Source: Zancudomyces culisetae HAW-14-8 (taxonomy: Eukaryota > Fungi > Kickxellomycota). Taken from it: DNA of 64,000 bases. The notes beneath the pieces are model-generated. The model had not been told where the DNA came from. It worked only from the letters and a program-made list of their open reading frames with translations, and made no database searches. Location of the stretch: positions 4,340,001-4,404,000 of the forward strand of contig JBNJNM010000011.1 of the NCBI GenBank assembly GCA_052426225.1, given 5' to 3'. Position numbers and translations under genes: made by a program. Shown piece after piece: positions 56,725 to 64,000 of the stretch; positions within the stretch are counted from its first letter, which is position 1; each line of letters starts with the position of its first letter.

Positions 56725-59595
56725 TTAATGTACATCAAGTTTGGAGCGCATAGTCTCTGAAAGTTCAACGACCATCATTGCAGCTTCATTAAATGAGGTT
56801 GAATTACTTGAACCACGGTCCAAACCTGTGCCGCCTAGGTTTAATTTTGTAGGCTCATTTTTTTGTTTATTTGTGATATCGATTTGTGTACTAGAAGTTG
56901 TTCCAAATTGTGAGTGCCCGCCTCTGTATGATGAAATACTTTCCGTGTATATGTTCATCGGTTTATTATTTCCGCTGTACTTTTCCTCACTAAAGAGCTG
57001 GGAATTTGGAATTTGTGTATATGTATCATATCTTGTTTTTGAAAACTTGCTATTCATCTCAACTGTAGATGTTTCGTAATTGTGTTCAGCAGCTACTAAA
57101 GATGCTTCTCCTAACCTACTGTTGTTACCATAGTTTTGTTCTGCCAAGCTCTGATCAGTTGATGTTTGTGATAACCGATCGCTAATAGTCCTAGACATTA
57201 CAACAGTACGCGCATCGAGACCATGTGTAGGATATTCCATACCTAGTGTTGCGGATGCTTCTGAGCGTGAGATTGAAGGACCGACTCTTGAGCTGCTTTT
57301 ATTAAAGCCGCTTTGCTGCAATGACACAGATGCTCCAGAATCTACAACATTGTTTCCGTTTGAACTATTGATAGTGTTAATTGTTAAATGTGGGTTGTTA
57401 GCATATCCACGATGTGAAACTGGTCTAAGTAGTGATCTTATTCTGTTGGATGTAGGAAGGACTTTGTCAATCAACGTGTATATTCGATCGAACTCTGACC
57501 CAAAATTCTCTTTTGTCGCTCTGTCCAGCTCAAATCGTGTAACATCCTCAGTTGATAACATGCTATAGATATTTGTATCCTTTCTTCCTGGTCTTTCACG
57601 TGTTGGTTTTTCTGGGTCATGTGAATTTGTAGATTGGATAACCCTGTATACATTAGGATTGACTATCACTGCTGAATAGTTTGGCCTTCGTTTTCTAAAC
57701 TCGGTGATGAGATCCAGAAGAAGAGTTAGATGAAGCTCGGGGTTAAAGTCATCCTTTTGCAGTAAAAGCCTGTCACTCGAAGAGCATATGTATGTTAGAA
57801 GTAGCGATGTAATGCGCGAGTTGCTAGTTGATTTTAGCGATTCGTGTTTAGCTATACTAGTGCATATTTCAAACCATGCTGAAAATAGTCCATCTTCAAC
57901 ATTTCCTATTTCTATTGTATCTAGACTGATTAACTTTGATGCTGGCGGTGGTATCTTGTAAATAAGCCTGTAAAAAGCTGCTCCAACATCAAGCAAAAGG
58001 GCCATACACAAGAGTCTTAGATCAGGTGATGGATTGTCACAAAGACTCCATGCTAACCCCAAACTTTGTACAGCCTGCAGTGAAGAGTCCTCGATTTCAG
58101 ATATTCTGTTTTCTATGTACTCTGGATCGGCTCTTTTAGGGTTGTCCAAAAACACCAACTGTAGGTCCTGTTCACTACAATGCACAAGAACATGTAGAAG
58201 CATGGGTAGTGTCAGCTTTACTCCACCAGTGCTGACTTCGCTTTCAGCACCATATGATTGATGAGATGAGACATTACTTATAAGTGCGTTTGCTCTTGGA
58301 ACAATTTTTTTCCATAGAGTATACAGGTGCTCAATCTCGCTATCACTTAAATCTAATTTTAACCGTCTGACGTTTAATATAGAGCTTAGATATTGGTTGT
58401 TGTTGACTACTATTGCTTTAGCATACACTTTTTCTGGATCTAGACTGCACTCTTGGTCCAAATTTTGATCTTCAATATCATTTAGATTAATCCATTTAGA
58501 ACCAATACTTAGTAATGACTGTTGTGCAAGTGCAAAGTATCTTTCTGTTTGGCCGAGCATAGTTAGTATCGCTATCTCTTTTATAACTGCAATTCTTTCG
58601 TCAACATCAATGTGCGATTTGACTAACCTTGACCTAATTTGGGTTTTCTCTTCCTTTCCAATAATTCTACACCTTATTGCTTCGTTTAAAACCATATTAA
58701 TTATTCTTCTAAACGCTTTTGCTTTTTCAAACTCGGTCACACGCTCTGTATGCAATAGACAGCATAATGGATTACAACATCTCTTTTTTGTACAGTGCAG
58801 AGGATATTTGGCATCATATAACATCAGATTTACATTTATCATAAAGATATGATCAATTACAGACGGTTGATCCACTTTCACTAGTTCGTTCAGCTTCCAC
58901 TTTGCCACCAAATCTAGGTTTAGCTTTGTACTTTTACAGGCATCAGCAACTAGGTACGCTATATCTTCCAGATATCCCGGAGTTGAACGTCTTGTAGCTT
59001 CTTGAATTCTTTTTGTTACTCTGCATCTAATTTCATAGCTGAGAAGTTCATCATTGAAGTATTTTTTAAACAACAACTCATTAACGTGTTGCATAAAAGC
59101 CAAAACATAGTTTCTTTCTTTTTTTGGTGCATCTCTGGCATCAAAATTACTGATGTTTCTGTATATCAGGCTCGGTTGATTAACGTCATAGTGACTTTCG
59201 TCTTTGCTTGCATCGTACACATCTCTACTTTTGCCTCTGGTCACACCTGATTCGTATTTAGAGCTGTGGTTTTCGTCTTCATTTCCTTTTGCATATTTGA
59301 AAAACTCGTCATAATCTGTGGTATAACTCTTATAACCAAATGACTTGCTTGGCATGTTTTCTAGCTTTCCAGAAGAAAGTGTCTTGTTTGCTGGTGAGGA
59401 GTTGAAACTTTTGTTGGTATCGCTTTCGTATCCCCGACTTGATGAATGCAGTTTTTCGTTCAACTTGGTCATAATTTTTTTACCGCTTTTTAAAGCCTGC
59501 ATGTATCTAATCTGCCTGTTTTTGCTCGAGTTTTCGACCAAGTTTAACACTAACTTGTGATCATCAACATCATTTACCATTTTTTTGCTAATCAT
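56725..59595 (-). CDS. hypothetical protein (956 aa), helical core with disordered termini
   Basis: long uninterrupted ATG-initiated ORF; no family recognised. Confidence 0.8.
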   Translation of the reverse strand: MISKKMVNDVDDHKLVLNLVENSSKNRQIRYMQALKSGKKIMTKLNEKLHSSSRGYESDTNKSFNSSPANKTLSSGKLENMPSKSFGYKSYTTDYDEFFKYAKGNEDENHSSKYESGVTRGKSRDVYDASKDESHYDVNQPSLIYRNISNFDARDAPKKERNYVLAFMQHVNELLFKKYFNDELLSYEIRCRVTKRIQEATRRSTPGYLEDIAYLVADACKSTKLNLDLVAKWKLNELVKVDQPSVIDHIFMINVNLMLYDAKYPLHCTKKRCCNPLCCLLHTERVTEFEKAKAFRRIINMVLNEAIRCRIIGKEEKTQIRSRLVKSHIDVDERIAVIKEIAILTMLGQTERYFALAQQSLLSIGSKWINLNDIEDQNLDQECSLDPEKVYAKAIVVNNNQYLSSILNVRRLKLDLSDSEIEHLYTLWKKIVPRANALISNVSSHQSYGAESEVSTGGVKLTLPMLLHVLVHCSEQDLQLVFLDNPKRADPEYIENRISEIEDSSLQAVQSLGLAWSLCDNPSPDLRLLCMALLLDVGAAFYRLIYKIPPPASKLISLDTIEIGNVEDGLFSAWFEICTSIAKHESLKSTSNSRITSLLLTYICSSSDRLLLQKDDFNPELHLTLLLDLITEFRKRRPNYSAVIVNPNVYRVIQSTNSHDPEKPTRERPGRKDTNIYSMLSTEDVTRFELDRATKENFGSEFDRIYTLIDKVLPTSNRIRSLLRPVSHRGYANNPHLTINTINSSNGNNVVDSGASVSLQQSGFNKSSSRVGPSISRSEASATLGMEYPTHGLDARTVVMSRTISDRLSQTSTDQSLAEQNYGNNSRLGEASLVAAEHNYETSTVEMNSKFSKTRYDTYTQIPNSQLFSEEKYSGNNKPMNIYTESISSYRGGHSQFGTTSSTQIDITNKQKNEPTKLNLGGTGLDRGSSNSTSFNEAAMMVVELSETMRSKLDVH

Positions 59596-62466
59596 TATAA
59601 TAATATAATATCAGTATTGTGTTAATGTTGAAATTATTTTGCTATCTCCTTTGTACTGCTTTGCCGCAATACTCCCACCTACGTATTATACCAAAACTAT
59701 ACCAAATATAGCCCAATAAGTGAGAAACAAAACAGAAAGTGAGGGGAAAATATCTCGCTCTAGTAAAATGTTTGCTTTTACGTAGGTTTTTTTTTAGCTT
59801 GCTAGGCCTATATCTTCAGGAGGACCTTAATGATGTCTGCTTGTATCTAGATGAGTATCACCCTCCAAAAAGGAACTTATTCCACAGTCAATACTATCCT
59901 ATTTTTTTTAATCTCACTTCAGGTACAAAAAGTTCTGGTGTACTCTTGGTCGCTTTACACTTTTTGTTCAGCAATGGATGGAAATTTTTGTTGAATAAAG
60001 TGTTGAGTTGTGTATACGACTGAGCTTTTTTTTTTTGTAGTATGCGTAGATGTAATAAGAAAATATTATTGTACACTATATACACGCTCAAAATGCTGAA
60101 GTTATATACCACCACTGTGTTTTATATTGTTTTTTCGAGATACTACTCTTAAACCTGCCTTTAGACTTTGCTTGTTCTTTGCACTTGCTTTTTCTGTAAA
60201 TAACTTCTTTTGATATTCAGTTGGATAAGGGTTAATGCCTATTACACTCCAAATCAAAAAGTAGAGGGGTTGAGGTATAAATAATACATAAAAGCCAATG
60301 CTGCTTCAAAGGTTATATGCGTTTTATAGTCTTTGGTAGTAATGGTGATTGTTGTTTATATTAAAGTAAATATCCACTGGTATTAATTTAAACAATTCGA
60401 ATATGTTGCTGGATTCAGAATAAATAATGTTCGTAGTATCTGGATATACTATACTGTCTAATCTGTCGCCTATTCTGATTCTTAGTTTTGAATTATTTTT
60501 TTTGGAATATAATATACCCTGAGTTGGAACAAAGTTTTGTCTACTGATAAATCACACCCTAACCCTTATATTACATTACTTCAGGTCTGGTGAAAAAAAG
60601 GGGTTTCTAAAAATTCGTGTTTGCATGACAGTACCTTCATCAGAACTATGATATTTATTATTAACAACTTTTATAAACCCGCTCAAAGGATAACCGTAAC
60701 TATTTAGATTACCTTTGCATTTAGTTTTACTCCTTGTGTTTAACGTGTGGTAGTCAAAAAAAAACACATATTAAATACGGATAATATTTCCATCATGGAG
60801 TTAAAAGTAGGTATTAAGTTTCATTTGAGGAAAAATCATTTGAAAAGAAAGGTCAACTTTAGTAGTGATGTTTTATCGGTCACAGCATCCTGGTATCGCA
60901 AAGCTAACCGCGTTTCAGAAAACTATATTTTTAGGTTTGTGGATATCCTTGAAATGCTAATTTCCTTTTTCATATTGCTGGCTAATCTTTATATTTGATT
61001 AGATGTAATTCAAAGCCGCTTTATTTAGCATAACCAGATATCTACGCTGTGTGTATTGTATTTATTTGCCTTTGTTTGACATATTGCTGCTATTTTCATA
61101 TCTATTACCCCACCCTGCTTGATTGAAAAATGTTTTTTTTTCGACACAAAAAGTGTGAGGGTCCACTGGCCAAGACATTTATTAAAGCAAGTTTTCAAAA
61201 AAGCTACATGTCTAAAAAGACGGATAACTTTATGTTGGTAAACTGAGCAAATAATATACATCATATACAATGATCATAAAAAAGCGATAACTTGATACAC
61301 AAACACTTTTTGTAGTAAGCAGTGATAGGCCAAAATTGTGATTTTATTAGCACTTAAACCCAAACCCGCAAAATAGTGGTGTTATGGTTATTTTTCAATT
61401 TTAGAAAGATGTATCACACAGTTGTATTGTGGCTATCTTGCAGATTTTGTTTTGAAAACCTGTATATAAAAAGATATCTACTTCCTTCAGCGACTAAAAA
61501 GCAATTCAACGTGACCTAGCGAGTCAGAATTACAAAAGTATTTATTCTACGGGTTAGTTTCTTTGTCCCCCCCAAAAAAATGAAAGCGGCAAGTCTTGAG
61601 TTGTATATCTACCATGAGATCTATTACACAAAAAAAGTAATCATTTCATAAACAAACTCATAACATATGTATGAAACTCTTAAACAATAACTTTGCACAA
61701 TACTTTTACCCTCTGGCTTATCATTCTAGCTAACTGTATATGCGTTTTTTTTTAAATCAGTTTAAAACTTTTGCTTGTAAAAGTGGTTGTATACAAATTG
61801 CTGTGGAGAGATGTAGTCTATCTGAATATTTTAAATCCCCCTCCCATGCTTCGATGGAAGCAAGAGGAGAGAAAAAATTATAGCCACTTGTTGACGACAC
61901 ATTTCTCTGATGTGACAAATAAACTCAAGGGATAGATTTGCGTTACAATTATGGTGTAGCCAGGCAACTCCTAAAGGTGTGCAGATATGGGGGCGCACAA
62001 AGGACATTTGAAATCCTTTTTTCTACTTTCTAGAAAAGAGAGTACACTCAAGGCTAAAATTAAACGTAAAGCGTCAGAATTGCTGTAAAAAAATGTTCAA
62101 AAAGTGGTTCTTATCAAACACATATTCAGCTCTCAATAAAGTGACCTATTTTACAATGCAAAGCATAATGACTGCCAAAAGTCATTATGATAAAATTAAA
62201 TAAAGCGCTTTGAGTAATCAGCGTGAACCTGTACCTCATAAACCCCATATATTGCACTTGGAACATTGTTCTGCGTCCCCTCACAATAGATGTACATACG
62301 CTGAACAGGAGTAAAAACTTAAATGATAACGTTGTGATTTCTTAAAAAGAATAATGTCTAATACAAATAAAATGTAAGTCCAAGATATTTGGAGTAACTT
62401 CTATACATTCTTGAACAGTATAAACAACTGGTGCTATTGTACTCCAGCTGAAAAAAAGGTAACTAT

Positions 62467-63084
62467 TCACTGCGATTCTGATTCTTTAGTCGAATCACTT
62501 TCTTTTTTATTTGCATTTTCTTGCTTATTTGCATTTTCGGCTAGCTCAATCTGTATACGCTCGAATGCACGCGCAATTTTGGCCTGCACATACAATGAAC
62601 CCCCGTCTTTATAATCATTCATTTTAAATAAATATTCATATTTCTATTTTTTATGAGATAAAGTAGATAAAGGTTTCGTCAGCGAGCTACTTTTTGCAGA
62701 TATATGATACTAAGTACAGATAAACATTTACCTTTCGGAGTTCTTCCATATTTTCCAAATTTTCAACGTTTAATATTTTCATTGATTCATCGAGAGTAAT
62801 TCCGGTGGTTCGAGTTGCCTGATCTTTAGCCAAGTCTTCGGTTTTGGCATTCCCGGCAGCTGCTCGTGCAGCAGCAGAATCTGTACATTAAAATATAATA
62901 AAGTTATGGGCGGTTCAACATTCAAAGGTATTTATATGAACATTAGACAATCAATCTGTGAATTTCTTTTTCTTTAAGTTTGCTTCTTACTTTCGTTCGC
63001 CTGTTTAATTGCATCTCTAAATGCTACTCGAAACATTTTTGCCCCGTGAAGTAGCATTTGGGCGATAGCTTTGGGTGCTGACAT
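62467..63084 (-). CDS. PAM16: mitochondrial import motor subunit Pam16/Tim16, 3 exons
   Basis: Spliced MSAPKAIAQMLLHGAKMFRVAFRDAIKQA...GITLDESMKILNV...|KYEYLFKMND...GGSLYVQAKIARAFERI; absent from the ORF track. Confidence 0.92.
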
Positions 63085-64000
63085 TTTTACTCAATTCGAT
63101 GCTTTACGCTTTTATTGTTTTATTATTATTATAGAATTCGATGTTTGCAGAAACTCTGTCTTTATCAGAACTTGAAGAGTATCTCTTTTTATTTTGTAGA
63201 GTGTTATTATAATTCATTATGTAACTGGAACTATCTCAAATCAGCTATTAGCTGATCTTGGCTTCCTTGAAAATTGGTGAAAAAAATTTTTTTTTCATTT
63301 GTCCAAGAAGTTTTAAAGGACAAAGGACAAAGGACAAATAGGTATTTTGATTTTCAAAAACTATTGCTCTAAATGTATATGCTAACCACAGATTGACTCG
63401 AAAAAACGTGGTGTGTAGTTGGGGAAGGGGTGTACACAATTATAAAAGGTACAATTTTGGAAATTCATATCAATAGAACCTGCTTGGGAACCTAAGGATG
63501 TTTCATAAGAAGCCTTAAGAAAGCTGGTGAGTAAAAACAGCTTAAAAACTATGGTGTAACAAGTCATAGTACTTAGGTATGATACCAAAATTTTTGAACA
63601 TGGCGAGCTCCAGTCACGGTTCTAACGAAGATACTGTCTGTGTATCTATAACGCTTTTTTTGTCTCTATTTGTGTATAGGTCTAAAACCTCCGTCCAAAA
63701 AAAAAAAGATTTATTTACTAGCTATATCTATAAAACTGAATATAAAGAGTTGCTATCATAGTTACATGGACACATTTCATAAAATTCTAACAGTGCTTAA
63801 GACAGGAGAGAATCCAACACATTTTCCCTGACATTGTCCTCGACACTTGATTTCTATATTCAAATCTATATCTATTATTATTCTTGTGTTGATAGTATGA
63901 ATATTCTGCTGTGATGCGAGTCAGTCTAGAATAATTTTTTTCTCTGAAAATAGAGATAAAGTCACCACCTTTCCGGTTCAATTGTAAGTGTAAATGTGTG

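Noticed and set aside
63140-64000. Possible plus-strand multi-exon gene divergent from PAM16
   Set aside because: Scattered donor and acceptor motifs, but no consistent frame or recognisable product within the window

Overview
AT-rich eukaryotic genomic DNA with short GT-AG introns and a fungal gene set. An early-diverging fungus (Kickxellomycotina/Harpellales-like) is my inference and is not proven. About 18 host genes are supportable: TVP18, MED7, RPS7, aminoacylase-1, an MFS transporter, a Pro/Thr-rich membrane protein, DPP5, a TOK K+ channel, a Ran1-like kinase, a Bax-inhibitor family protein, 5MP/BZW, ARPC4, an HDHD3-like HAD, a degenerate SDR, VPS60 and PAM16, plus several orphan or secreted proteins. 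The main feature is a 9-kb nested LINE array (8431-17483) directly behind RPS7. A 1.2-kb 5'-truncated LINE copy was hit twice, 169 bp apart and in the same orientation, by members of its own family. One insert is an intact 5.8-kb ORF1+ORF2 element and the other is a 2-kb truncated copy, and each has its own poly(A) tail and target-site duplication. Other points of interest are an ENE-like U-rich structure in the LINE 3' UTR, a poor-context start codon on the 5MP gene, a GC-AG intron after an ATG-only exon in ARPC4, microexons, and a probable SDR pseudoenzyme.
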